Shown: positions 18,356 to 28,063 of the stretch, piece by piece
Position numbering within the stretch: position 1 is the stretch's first letter
Layout: each line of letters starts with the position of its first letter
Source: a virus
Virus record (IMG/VR): IMGVR_UViG_3300046168_000026
Coordinates: 96,001 to 160,000 of that record
DNA length: 64,000 nt
Reading direction: 5' to 3' (one strand)
The notes under the pieces: generated by a model
Databases searched by the model: none
What the model was told of the DNA's origin: nothing
What the model saw: the letters and a program-made list of their open reading frames with translations, nothing else
Translations under genes and position numbers: made by a program

Positions 18356-20112
18356 TATGCATCAATCATCATTAAGCCAGATATTTTAGTAGACCAATCA
18401 CCACCATTAAATTCTTGACCAATTTTTGTTACTATAAAATATGCTTTATTTTTTATTCTCGATGGTAATCTATCAACGCTAAAACAATCTCCATATTTTG
18501 GTAAATTGTAACCATCAACAGTAAGTTCACATTCTAACCCATAACTAATGTTTGGGTTATATTTTTTATTGTTATTTTTTACATATGCTTTCAATGCTTG
18601 TTTTGCACCTGTAATATCATCTTCACTAATATTATCCCCAAGTGATTCAATTGCTTTTGCTAAATCTCCTGCGTAATCATTAGCATTTTCTCCAATAGAA
18701 CCTGGATAACACCCACCGAAAACTGCGTCTAATTGTGGTGAACCCTCACCATCCATAGCTGCTGCAGTTGCTAACGCAATTAGGTCTGAGTCTAAATTAG
18801 ATGTAAGACTGCAATCTCTAACACCATTTGCAAAACCTTTTGTTAATCTAATCATTGTTGGATTTACTTGTTTTTTAGCTGCAGTACCCTTATTTAAAAT
18901 TAGAAATTTACCTTTTTCAGACTCAGCCGAATCTGGGTCATTGTATAAAAATAATGTAAGATATCCACCTGAGTTTTCATTTATTTTATTAAATATTTTT
19001 TTTAAGAACATAGATGTTGCTATCCTATTTGGAGAATCTTCTTTTCCTGGTGGATTTTTTAGTTCTTTCATTGTGGTTTGCAGAAACCCAATTTGAACCC
19101 AAATACCTGCCAATGGATTACTACCTTTTGTTAAAGCGCTATAATCTGCATTAGGACCATACTTCGATGCCCAACCAAATATCATTTCTAATGGATTTGC
19201 TGATGCTATTTTTGAATCATTTTTTGTTTTTATTTTTATTTTAGAATAATCAAACTTTTGAGCTGCAGTACCGGCAACACTTTTAGAATTTTTATTAACA
19301 TAGTCAATAAACTCATCTAATCTTACATATGGTAAAACATTATCTGTTGCACTATTAAAGAACGATGACCATCCCGTATTTACCATTTGGTGATTAACCA
19401 ATCCAATTTTAGGTTTACCTGCACCACCACTTCTAACTTGAGCTTTACCCTCTGCAGGTTTACCCGTTAGTTTTGATGAGATTCCAACAAGGTTTGTTAT
19501 TAAGTCGGTTGATGGGACTTCTTTACCAGACTCAGGGTCTTTAACTGTTTCTTTACCTACATCTTTTAAAGTCATGTAGTCAACATCTAAAACACCATCT
19601 GCCGCTCCTGCTACTTTTAAACTAACATCGTAACTTAAATCAGAGTTAATAGTGAAATTAAATCCTGTGATTTCACCTGTTACTGTTTTTGCATTTCCAC
19701 CAACCCATCCTATCGTAATCTTTACTCGTTGTCTTGGTGTCATAAAGTTTTTTTCGATATGGTCAAAATGAGCTTGATTATAAACTTTACAATTACAACT
19801 TGCTTCAAATAACATTGCGTCTGATATATCTTGCCCACCATCGTTATTTATAGAAATACTTTCTAATACAGGAAAAGGTGTTAATCTACCACTATCATCT
19901 GTAAGCAAGTCTGCGTGTGTAGAACTATTAGTAATACTTTCTATTGACTTAAATGAACTGGAAGAACATTTAACAATTCCACCACCTGTAAGTGTAATTT
20001 TTCCATAAGCTCTACTGTGAAGTCCTACTCCTGAGACACCAATGCTACTTGCATTACTTGACATTTGCTGTGTTGGTCTTGGCAATGCTCTTGCACCTAA
20101 TTGAAAACTCAT
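18355..20112 (-). CDS. Putative baseplate hub protein
   Basis: Follows the LysM protein; C-terminal beta-rich segment CELTVDG...YFIVTKIGQEFNGGDWSTKI. Confidence 0.55.
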   Translation of the reverse strand: MSFQLGARALPRPTQQMSSNASSIGVSGVGLHSRAYGKITLTGGGIVKCSSSSFKSIESITNSSTHADLLTDDSGRLTPFPVLESISINNDGGQDISDAMLFEASCNCKVYNQAHFDHIEKNFMTPRQRVKITIGWVGGNAKTVTGEITGFNFTINSDLSYDVSLKVAGAADGVLDVDYMTLKDVGKETVKDPESGKEVPSTDLITNLVGISSKLTGKPAEGKAQVRSGGAGKPKIGLVNHQMVNTGWSSFFNSATDNVLPYVRLDEFIDYVNKNSKSVAGTAAQKFDYSKIKIKTKNDSKIASANPLEMIFGWASKYGPNADYSALTKGSNPLAGIWVQIGFLQTTMKELKNPPGKEDSPNRIATSMFLKKIFNKINENSGGYLTLFLYNDPDSAESEKGKFLILNKGTAAKKQVNPTMIRLTKGFANGVRDCSLTSNLDSDLIALATAAAMDGEGSPQLDAVFGGCYPGSIGENANDYAGDLAKAIESLGDNISEDDITGAKQALKAYVKNNNKKYNPNISYGLECELTVDGYNLPKYGDCFSVDRLPSRIKNKAYFIVTKIGQEFNGGDWSTKISGLMMIDA

Positions 20113-20115
20113 AAC

Positions 20116-20421
20116 TTAATCTTCTATTTTATTTAACGCATCATACTCACTTACAAACTTTAGTGTATCGTTGGGAATTCTTAATTGTATTCCAACTTCT
20201 GGAAACAAAGTACCTTTTCCTATATTATTAGCTCTGGCTATAATCCACCACAATGTAGGGTCTGAATAATATTCCCATGCTAAATTATCTAACCTATCAC
20301 CTTCTTTTGTTATAATGTAAGTATCATTAATTTCAGGATTTATTATAGGATATACTAATGTAGTAGAGTACTTTCGTTCACCCTCTTTTTTAATTACTGG
20401 TATGTTATCGTATCTTTTCAT
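20116..20421 (-). CDS. LysM-domain baseplate protein (gp53/GpX-like)
   Basis: YIITKEGDRLDNLAWEYYSDPTLWWIIARAN...QLRIP. Confidence 0.85.
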   Translation of the reverse strand: MKRYDNIPVIKKEGERKYSTTLVYPIINPEINDTYIITKEGDRLDNLAWEYYSDPTLWWIIARANNIGKGTLFPEVGIQLRIPNDTLKFVSEYDALNKIED

Positions 20422-20423
20422 AT

Positions 20424-23213
20424 TTAACTCGCACCTTGAATTCTAAAATCACTACTAAAAACAAATACCTCACCACTATCATATTCGTGTATATTATTTC
20501 CAAGTACAGTAGCACCTACCGCAACATCAATACCCATTGGTAATCCAAAATCTACATCCCATGCAACCTCGTCTGAGTATGTATATGATAATGATGTTAA
20601 TATCATTGGTGTTTCTACATACAACTTACCAACTGTTAGTTTTAATTCTTTGTTCGTACTACTACCCGGCGCAGTATATCCTGCTCCTGTATAATTTGGC
20701 ATTGTATAAGTTGCTAATCGTTCTAACTTAGTCCACAATGGTTGCATCTCAACTCTTGATGTTGGGTATACTTTAAAATTAAATGATATGTCTCGTTTAA
20801 ATGACTCATAAACATATACAGGTTCTGCTCTACCACTATATTTTATTTCAGTATAACTTGGTGAGAAGTTCTCTGCTAACCCTGTTACAGTTCCTCTAAA
20901 TTGTAGATTACTCTTGTCAGTACCTAATCTGAAAACTAAATTAACTAAGTCTGATTGAATTGTGTCACCAATTTTTGATGCTTGTATTTTATCGTAATGC
21001 GATGACCAATTAGTAAGCTTTGAGTCATCATATGTCATGTCCGTTTGACCAGTTCTAGCCTTACCATCTACATAGACAGGTTTACCTGGACTTGGGAAGC
21101 TAAATTTTGTTTCTATACTTTCTTTGTCATAGTCTTTTGATTCTGCATTACCCCTTGAACCACCATCTAACTCTTTCCTAAAATCAGATGGCTTTACAGG
21201 TGTAGCTCCAAGCTGCGCTCTATCATCTGCCATATCCATTAACTGACCATGAGAAATCATCATATAATCCCCAATGTCAACAATATCTGGCCCTACTAAT
21301 CCATCTGATTTAACAAGGTTTGGTTTGTTATCTTCATTGAACTTTTGTATTTTACCTAATTGTTCTACTACACCATATTTCTTAAGGTCTTCTGGGTCAG
21401 TTGGTATAGATTTAAAATATGTTTCTTCAGTTTCTTCATTTTTTTCTTTAAAAAAGAACTTTTGAGTGTAATCAGATAGACCTGTAATTTTATTACCAGT
21501 TGCGATTGCACCCAATCCTTTTATAAATGAATTTGTGTATCTTTTTACAAAAGTCTGACCAATACCATATAAGGAATCAGTACCACCACTAAATGTTTTT
21601 AAGTCACTACCAATTTCAATCGTACCAAAACTATCATATAACGAAATTAGATTATTTTTTGGTTTTTGAAGATTACCTTCAATGACACCACCTATTTTTG
21701 TGTATTTTCCTAGCGTATCTAATCCAAGGATACCACTTCTATCAGGTTTAAATCCTATTTGTTGACCACCTATCGCAGCTAAGAAGTTTGCAGGAGTCCA
21801 AATTTTATTATATGTGTTACTTCTCTGATTTCCAATTTGTGTTGCAGACCATAGTAAACCTTTTACTGATAAAAAGAATGAACCCATCCTTACTAAGTCT
21901 ATTGCAGCTCTTTCAGTTGAAGCAACTGCTCCACCACGAATTAAACCATCATCAATTGGGAATCCAAATCCCCAACTTTGAGGTTCACCTTTTTTCTTTC
22001 GTTGTATACCTCTTAAAACATATGGTTGAGGTATTAAACTAAATTTATTTGCTTCTGGGTCTTGAAGATTGAATTTAGAGTACATTTCGTCTAAGAAAGA
22101 TGGCGATTGTCTTTGTTGTAATAAATCACCAATACTTGTATATGAATCTATGTATCTATCACCATCTGGTGAGTATCTTTGTGTATCACCAATTGCTTTT
22201 CCTACCTTATATTGACCATATCCGGCTTGAAATGATATTCCAGGACTTTGTTGACTAAAATTACTTAATAATGACGATGCGTTATCAAATTGAGTACCAT
22301 TTATACCTGTAAATTTAGTATCATCTTTGGTTCTCATAAATGGTGAGAATCCAACTGCTTTATCATCGGTAAAGAAATTAACCTGTTGTGGTACTTCAAG
22401 TCCTTGACCTTCTAAGTTACCATTGAAAGTAAAATCATTAGGTGTCGTTTCACCTTTAAATTTATCACCTTGTCCTGCAACTGGTGGAGTCGTTTCACCT
22501 AAAAATGATTCACCAGTTTGTTTTAACATTTCGTTAGGTGTCGTTTCACCTAAAAACTTAGAACTTCTATCTGATTCATTGGGTGTCGTTTCACCTAAAA
22601 ACTTTGAAGACCTATCTGATTCATTGGGCGTTGTTTCACCTAAAAACTTTGAAGACCTATCTGATTCATTGGGTGTTGTTTCACCTAAAAACTTAGAACT
22701 TCTATCTGATTCGTTAGGTGTTGTCTCACCTAAGAAGTTTTGTGCAAATTTAAACTCTTTAGGAGTTGTCTCACCTAAAAACTTTTGTGTAAACTTAAAC
22801 TCTTTTGCTTCAGTCTCACCTTTAAACTTTTCTGTCTGATTTGCAAGTGTAGGGTTTGTTTCACCTTTAAACTTTTCTGTCTGATTTGCAAGTGTAGGGT
22901 TTGTTTCACCTTTAAACTTTTCTGTCTGATTAACAAGTGTTGGGTCGGTTTGTCCTTTGAACTTATCACCTTGTGTTACTTCATTTGCTTCAGTCTCACC
23001 CTTGAACTTATCACCTTGTGTTACTTTATTCTGAGAAGTACCTACTTTTTCAGGAGTTTGTCTTGAATATTGTACATCATTTTTTGTTTTTATTTTATCA
23101 GTTAATGGTACAGTATTAAACGCAGAAGGTTCTATTCTTGCTTTTACTTCAAGAGGTTCACTTTTTGGCTTTCTGTAATCACCAAGATTTGATTTTAAGT
23201 CTTTTAACGACAT
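20424..23213 (-). CDS. Putative tail tube initiator / baseplate protein with an N-terminal repeat tract
   Basis: C-terminal FRGTVTGLAENFSPSY...YSGRAEPVYVYESFKRDISFNFKVY; located between tape measure and LysM genes. Confidence 0.6.
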   Translation of the reverse strand: MSLKDLKSNLGDYRKPKSEPLEVKARIEPSAFNTVPLTDKIKTKNDVQYSRQTPEKVGTSQNKVTQGDKFKGETEANEVTQGDKFKGQTDPTLVNQTEKFKGETNPTLANQTEKFKGETNPTLANQTEKFKGETEAKEFKFTQKFLGETTPKEFKFAQNFLGETTPNESDRSSKFLGETTPNESDRSSKFLGETTPNESDRSSKFLGETTPNESDRSSKFLGETTPNEMLKQTGESFLGETTPPVAGQGDKFKGETTPNDFTFNGNLEGQGLEVPQQVNFFTDDKAVGFSPFMRTKDDTKFTGINGTQFDNASSLLSNFSQQSPGISFQAGYGQYKVGKAIGDTQRYSPDGDRYIDSYTSIGDLLQQRQSPSFLDEMYSKFNLQDPEANKFSLIPQPYVLRGIQRKKKGEPQSWGFGFPIDDGLIRGGAVASTERAAIDLVRMGSFFLSVKGLLWSATQIGNQRSNTYNKIWTPANFLAAIGGQQIGFKPDRSGILGLDTLGKYTKIGGVIEGNLQKPKNNLISLYDSFGTIEIGSDLKTFSGGTDSLYGIGQTFVKRYTNSFIKGLGAIATGNKITGLSDYTQKFFFKEKNEETEETYFKSIPTDPEDLKKYGVVEQLGKIQKFNEDNKPNLVKSDGLVGPDIVDIGDYMMISHGQLMDMADDRAQLGATPVKPSDFRKELDGGSRGNAESKDYDKESIETKFSFPSPGKPVYVDGKARTGQTDMTYDDSKLTNWSSHYDKIQASKIGDTIQSDLVNLVFRLGTDKSNLQFRGTVTGLAENFSPSYTEIKYSGRAEPVYVYESFKRDISFNFKVYPTSRVEMQPLWTKLERLATYTMPNYTGAGYTAPGSSTNKELKLTVGKLYVETPMILTSLSYTYSDEVAWDVDFGLPMGIDVAVGATVLGNNIHEYDSGEVFVFSSDFRIQGAS
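22432..23009 (-). repeat. About 13 tandem 45-nt (15-aa) coding repeats, KF(L/K)GET(T/N)PxxxxxxX
   Basis: Directly visible, e.g. KFLGETTPNESDRSS and KFKGETNPTLANQTE. Confidence 0.9.
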
Positions 23214-25599
23214 TATGTTCCTCTACTTTGTCTTGTTCTCTGTGTTCTTGATATTTCACTAACTACTTTATTATCAAATACTATTTGTATTGGTTGACTC
23301 TTTATGTCAGCTCTCAACAATTTAAGTTCTTCTAATAATGGGTCACTTTCACCACCACCACCTGCGGTTGCACCACCACCATCGTCACCACCTGCTCCAA
23401 ATGCTCCTGCAATCATTGGTAACATAAGTCCTAATGCGAATACTGTTCCAAGGAATGGTGTTATCATCAATAGACCCATTGCGAATGGCATCATCGCCAA
23501 TCCTACTGCCGCAAGTCCTGCCGCCAAGGAAAGTAAACCTGGTGCGACTAACACTAATTGACTTAATCCTGCGGCTAATGCGGATATTGCTGGAACTGCT
23601 GCAATCAATATCATAGATGCGAGTCCAAATGCAAGAATACCCGGCGTTGCGTAAAGTAATCCAAGACCCAATGCCAACATACCAATACCAAGTAAACTTA
23701 ATATAGCGGTTAATGGTATTAATGCGGGAGCAATCATAATCAGACCCATTAAGGATTCTGTAAGATTACCCATCATTTCAAATCCTTTTGCAATTTCTTG
23801 TATTGCGTATCCAAGAACTAATAATGCTGCGGCTATAATTAACATTGCGGCTGCACCTGCGAGAATCGCAACTGCCCCAACACCACTCATCATTATTGCA
23901 CCTACCAATGCCAATGCACCTACTAATGCTAACATGGATACAACTGCCATACCAATAGCTTTCCACTCTACCTTCATAAATTCTTGTACTGCTTTTGCGA
24001 ATACAAATACGGCTGCCGCTACAAGTAATAATGCCGCACCACCTGCGAGTAGTTTCTTGGCGTCAATACCTTGAACTGCCTTAGTCATACCACTCATTCC
24101 TTTACCACCGCCTGATTTTAATTTTGGTGTTTTTGGTGTTTTTGCTTTAGGTCCACCACCACCACTACCTGGTGCACCACTAAAGAAACTCTTACCACCT
24201 AATTTGTTCATTATACCATATTGTATAATCATTGAAGCAAGTTGTTTTCCTGTTTCCATTAAACCTTGCCCCATACTGGTAGCTCCTGCGGATAGGAATC
24301 CGTAAACTTGTGCACCTTTTTCACCAAACTTTGATTGTAACTCTGCGTTCTTTTCTTGAGTCTGTAACATATTACCCAACTCATCTGCAGACATTCCAAT
24401 TGCGTCAGCATATATCTGTTGTTGTTTACGACCCATTTTACCAAAGTCTGCCGCAGATACACCTGCGTCATTTATAGCCTTCATCATCATTTCAGCACCC
24501 TTGGCTTGGTCACCGAATTGCATTTCAGCCGCAGCTGCGGTCATAGCTTGTTGGTCAGGTAACATTTCACCTAATCCAAATGCTCTTGCTTTCATCTGTT
24601 TTTGGATACTACCTTCTATATCTAACATATTGTCAGATACCGCATTTAGTTTATCCATTGACATTCCTTGTTTAACAAGTTCTGCTGATTTTTTTGCTAA
24701 TACTTTAATTTCTTCTTTTGACATTCCCCAACATTTGGTTTTGTTGACTTGCCATATCCTTTAAAACTGCGGATGCGTTGACACCGACACCACTTGCGAT
24801 GTCTTTTATCTCAGATGTCATATCACTTGCGTCAGCACCTGCTTGTTCAAATATTTGTTGCATTGCGACTGCACCAGCACCATCACCTAATAAGTTGGAT
24901 AGTTCTGCTACATCTTTTAATGTTTCTGAGTTTATGTGTTGAGTCGTTCCAAATGCGTCACTCATTGCCGTTGCAGCTGCTGCCGCATCTTCTGCACTTA
25001 CTGTTAGTGAGAACATCGATGCACCTTGAATACTTGAAGCTAATCCTGCTGCTTCATTTGCTGATAGACCTATTGTCTTATATAAATCTATTGCAGTATC
25101 GTAAGTTCCAGTAAATGCCTCTTTTGCTGCACCAATACCTTCAGTAAATGCTTTTGCACCAAGAGCCATTACACCACCTGCCATAAACAAGTCTGCAAGT
25201 TCTGATGAGTATCCTAATGATTCTTTTAATTTATCGTTTTGGTCCTTTAAGTATATCTTCGTATTCTTTTGCTTTGTCTACTTGTTTTCGAAGTTCTATA
25301 TTTCGTTTTTCATCACCCTCAAGAAGTTTAATTGAAGTGTCTAATTGTGCTAATAATCCTTTATTTAGGAATTTACCACTCTTTACAGTTTCTTCTATGT
25401 ATTCTTTTCTGGCTTCAACAAGTTTATTTAATTGGTCAGATGCGGTTGTTTGTGATTTTAGATTGTCTGCTAATTTTGAGGCAAACTCATTTGCAGCCTT
25501 GGTATTCTTTCCTGCTTTAGCAAGAACATCAGCTAAGTCATTGGCGTAATTTCTAGCGCCAAGAAATGATTCTTCAATCTTTTTGTAATCATCTGCCAT
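23213..25599 (-). CDS. Tape measure protein (~794 aa after repairing two 1-nt insertions near 25245 and 24727)
   Basis: Three track ORFs join in frame (LK-DQNDKLKESLGYSSELADLFMAGG; MLG-MSKEEIK). Ala/Gly-rich helical sequence with a hydrophobic C-terminus; follows the chaperone genes. Confidence 0.8.
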
Positions 25600-25619
25600 T
25601 TAGAACCCTAAAGTTATTT

Positions 25620-25874
25620 TTAACCTTAAACTTTTTCAAGATAAAATCAGGAGAACTTTATCTAAAGAACCATATGTTTTAATCAATAGCTCTTTTTGTT
25701 CTTTATCTATCTGTACAACCCTTTGTTTAGACGCTTCAATGTCTTTTTCAATTTGTTTAAGTTTGTTGTCGGTTTTAGCTTTTCTATTCTGTGAAAGATT
25801 CTATCAATAAAACCCTCATCTACCCCTTTGGAAGATAAGACCTCTCTTAATTTAGTTGCTTTGATGGTTTTCAT
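25620..25874 (-). CDS. Small hypothetical protein, apparently frameshifted (MKTIKATKLREVLSSKGVDEGFIDRIF...); end approximate
   Basis: ATG at 25874 preceded by a late motif (25897-25904); one added A near 25782 extends it to ~80 aa of coiled-coil-like sequence. Confidence 0.45.
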
Positions 25875-25907
25875 ATAATATCCCTTTGTTATATTCTATA
25901 AATATGT

Positions 25908-25934
25908 AAAAACCCAACAAATATGTCGGGTTCT
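25908..25934 (-). terminator. Putative intrinsic terminator
   Basis: Minus strand AACCCGACA-TATT-TGTTGGGTT then T-run. Confidence 0.5.
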
Positions 25935-25944
25935 TATACTACTA

Positions 25945-26172
25945 TTATTTTCTTGGTGTTTTTGACTTGATTTTTCTCATTTCTTTATCATGTGCCTTTT
26001 TTTCTTCTTGTTTGAATTCTATTATCTTACCGATATAGAAGTTTCTCGCCCAAACAGGCATATTGTAGACATCGGTGTGACTAAACCCACCATTTCCATG
26101 ATATATGAGGTCAAAAATTTGAGAATGTAAATGCTTTCTATAATCACTCGGAAGGCCAAAAAAACCCGACAT
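25945..26172 (-). CDS. gp51-like / tail assembly chaperone C-terminal ORF, possibly reached by frameshift
   Basis: GFFGLPSDYRKHLHSQIFDLIYHGNGGF...VYNMPVWARNFY overlaps the end of the upstream gene at a T7 run. Confidence 0.6.
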   Translation of the reverse strand: MSGFFGLPSDYRKHLHSQIFDLIYHGNGGFSHTDVYNMPVWARNFYIGKIIEFKQEEKKAHDKEMRKIKSKTPRK

Positions 26173-27022
26173 CCATAGGCAGTTGCATTTCTCTCTCTTC
26201 CCCGGTCTCCTCAGATACAAATTCAAATGTTAAATCAATATCGGGAACACTTTGGTTGATATACGCTCTGAGTGCCTTTGAATCTACTGCGAATAATTCA
26301 TTGTCCACGAAATGATTGATGTCTTTTTGGTCATCTGACCCATCTACTGAAAGAATCATATTTTTCATTCTTGTAGTTAACTCTCTTGAAGTCATATCTT
26401 TTAATTTACGATTTGCCTTCTTAATTGCTTCTACTTGATGTTTAACTTTTCTTTCTTTAGATTCGGTCATCGCCATAAAGGTAACCTTTCTCTTTGAGGT
26501 TGGTAAAGTGAATTCGAACTCATTTTTATGTGGTTCTACTTGATTTTCACCCTCATAATCCTTATTTTGGAATTGAGTAAGGTCGATGTTTTCTTTTTGC
26601 TTTGTACCTGGCATAGTTGGGTCGTCAATTTCAACCTTATACTCTTTACCATACCCAAGTACTCTTGCAGCAATCATAATTGCGTTTTTATCACCTGTAA
26701 CTAAATCTATGTATTTAATTGTTTCACCATCACCATTACCAACGATTAATGACTGAAATAATCTGTCTAAAACAGTTCCGTCTTTAATATATGATTGTGT
26801 GGTTAGGATATCTTCCTCTTTTGCGGTCATATACTTCATTTCAACCTTTCCACTTGATAGTGGGTTGTCTTTTGGGTATATAAGTCCTTTTGAGGGTAAA
26901 TCTATAACTTCCGTAGGGAACTTATAGTCACGAACTTCTCTTTGTTCGTGGTCTTTGATAGCTTTTTGTACCATATCCTTGTCGGAAACTGGGTACTCAT
27001 CTTCTAATCGTTCTTTTGCCAT
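26144..27022 (-). CDS. gp26-like baseplate hub assembly protein / tail assembly chaperone
   Basis: FPTEVIDLPSKG...MKYMTAKEEDIL...DSKALR; lies between tube and tape measure genes. Confidence 0.7.
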   Translation of the reverse strand: MAKERLEDEYPVSDKDMVQKAIKDHEQREVRDYKFPTEVIDLPSKGLIYPKDNPLSSGKVEMKYMTAKEEDILTTQSYIKDGTVLDRLFQSLIVGNGDGETIKYIDLVTGDKNAIMIAARVLGYGKEYKVEIDDPTMPGTKQKENIDLTQFQNKDYEGENQVEPHKNEFEFTLPTSKRKVTFMAMTESKERKVKHQVEAIKKANRKLKDMTSRELTTRMKNMILSVDGSDDQKDINHFVDNELFAVDSKALRAYINQSVPDIDLTFEFVSEETGEEREMQLPMDVGFFWPSE

Positions 27023-27095
27023 AATAAAACTCGTTTTATATCTTTTTTTGTTGTACTGTACTATAATATATATGTAACTGGACTATTATTAATAC

Positions 27096-27130
27096 AAAAA
27101 GTCTCAAAATTGTTTTAATAATGAGACTTT
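27096..27130 (-). terminator. Putative intrinsic terminator
   Basis: Inverted repeat AAAGTCTCA...TGAGACTTT followed by T's on the minus strand. Confidence 0.45.
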
Positions 27131-27153
27131 AAGATTTTAAAATAGATTTTGGA

Positions 27154-27423
27154 TTATCCCCAAGTATAACTACCTTCGGTTCCTGTTAGTGTAGTTACAC
27201 CACATTCAAATCCATCTGGTAAATCACCATCATAGGTAATTTTTTCTCTTCCACCATAATCGAAGCCATTAATTGGGAGTCCCCAATCTTCATTTGCTTC
27301 TTTGATTGTAAAATGTGTTGCAGCTTCTTCACCATTGTCCTTGTCTTCCCAAGTACAATATGAATCATCACCAATCCACTCGACAATATTGTCTTCAATT
27401 CTTTTAACTATTAATTTTGCCAT
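27154..27423 (-). CDS. Small acidic hypothetical protein
   Basis: Strong SD (AAGGAG) and its own late-type motif at 27451-27458. Confidence 0.65.
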   Translation of the reverse strand: MAKLIVKRIEDNIVEWIGDDSYCTWEDKDNGEEAATHFTIKEANEDWGLPINGFDYGGREKITYDGDLPDGFECGVTTLTGTEGSYTWG

Positions 27424-27471
27424 ATCTTCTCTCCTTTTTGGTTAACCTTTAATAAATATGTAAATTAAATT

Positions 27472-27498
27472 AAAAAACCCACCTTATGGGGTGGGTTT
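27472..27498 (-). terminator. Intrinsic terminator after the tail tube gene
   Basis: Minus strand AAACCCACC-CCATAA-GGTGGGTTT then TTT. Confidence 0.75.
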
Positions 27499-27527
27499 CT
27501 TGTTTCAATTTTTATTACAATCCGTAT

Positions 27528-28016
27528 TTAGTATTGTAGTATTGCGTAATCGTAAGTAAGTGTCATTTCTACTGTTGCTAAATCTTCTCCTGCATAATCC
27601 ATGTCTGAGAAATTAGCTGATTGAATGTATGCACCTTTAAGTGTCCACTCTTCTACTTTATCACCAACAGGACCCAAACTGTTAAATGTGATATCTTTCT
27701 TATAGAAATCAGAGTATCCATCTCTACCTGTTACAGATTCATGATGTAGTCTTACCCACTCCATTACTGCTTGTGCAGCGGAAGGTACGACTGGGTCGTA
27801 TAAAGTGATTGCTAAATCTTGCCACTCAGAACGACCTTTTACATATCTTCTAACATTGATATGGTCGATGGTAACTTTACCATTGTTTATTTCTGGTCTG
27901 GCTGCCGTTTTCACCAAGTATGCAGGAATTCCTTCGATGTACATGATGAACCTATTTGACATTTTAGGTTCAAAGTTGGTGAACATTATTTCATTTGGGT
28001 CTAATAATTGTGCCAT
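27528..28016 (-). CDS. Tail tube protein (gp19-like)
   Basis: FEPKMSNRF, WQDLAITLYD, VMEW, YKKDI, EEWTLKGA; follows the sheath gene. Confidence 0.88.
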   Translation of the reverse strand: MAQLLDPNEIMFTNFEPKMSNRFIMYIEGIPAYLVKTAARPEINNGKVTIDHINVRRYVKGRSEWQDLAITLYDPVVPSAAQAVMEWVRLHHESVTGRDGYSDFYKKDITFNSLGPVGDKVEEWTLKGAYIQSANFSDMDYAGEDLATVEMTLTYDYAILQY

Positions 28017-28063
28017 TTAATTCTCCGTTTTCTCTTTCTAATAAATAGTCTTTATTTTATTTT

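Noticed and set aside
22432-23009. Regularly spaced DNA repeats resembling a CRISPR array
   Set aside because: In-frame 45-nt coding repeats with synonymous variation and no unique spacers; no cas genes
23213-25599. Tape measure gene as a pseudogene, or stop-codon reassignment
   Set aside because: The breaks are frame changes in homopolymers, not in-frame stops; core genes translate cleanly with the standard code
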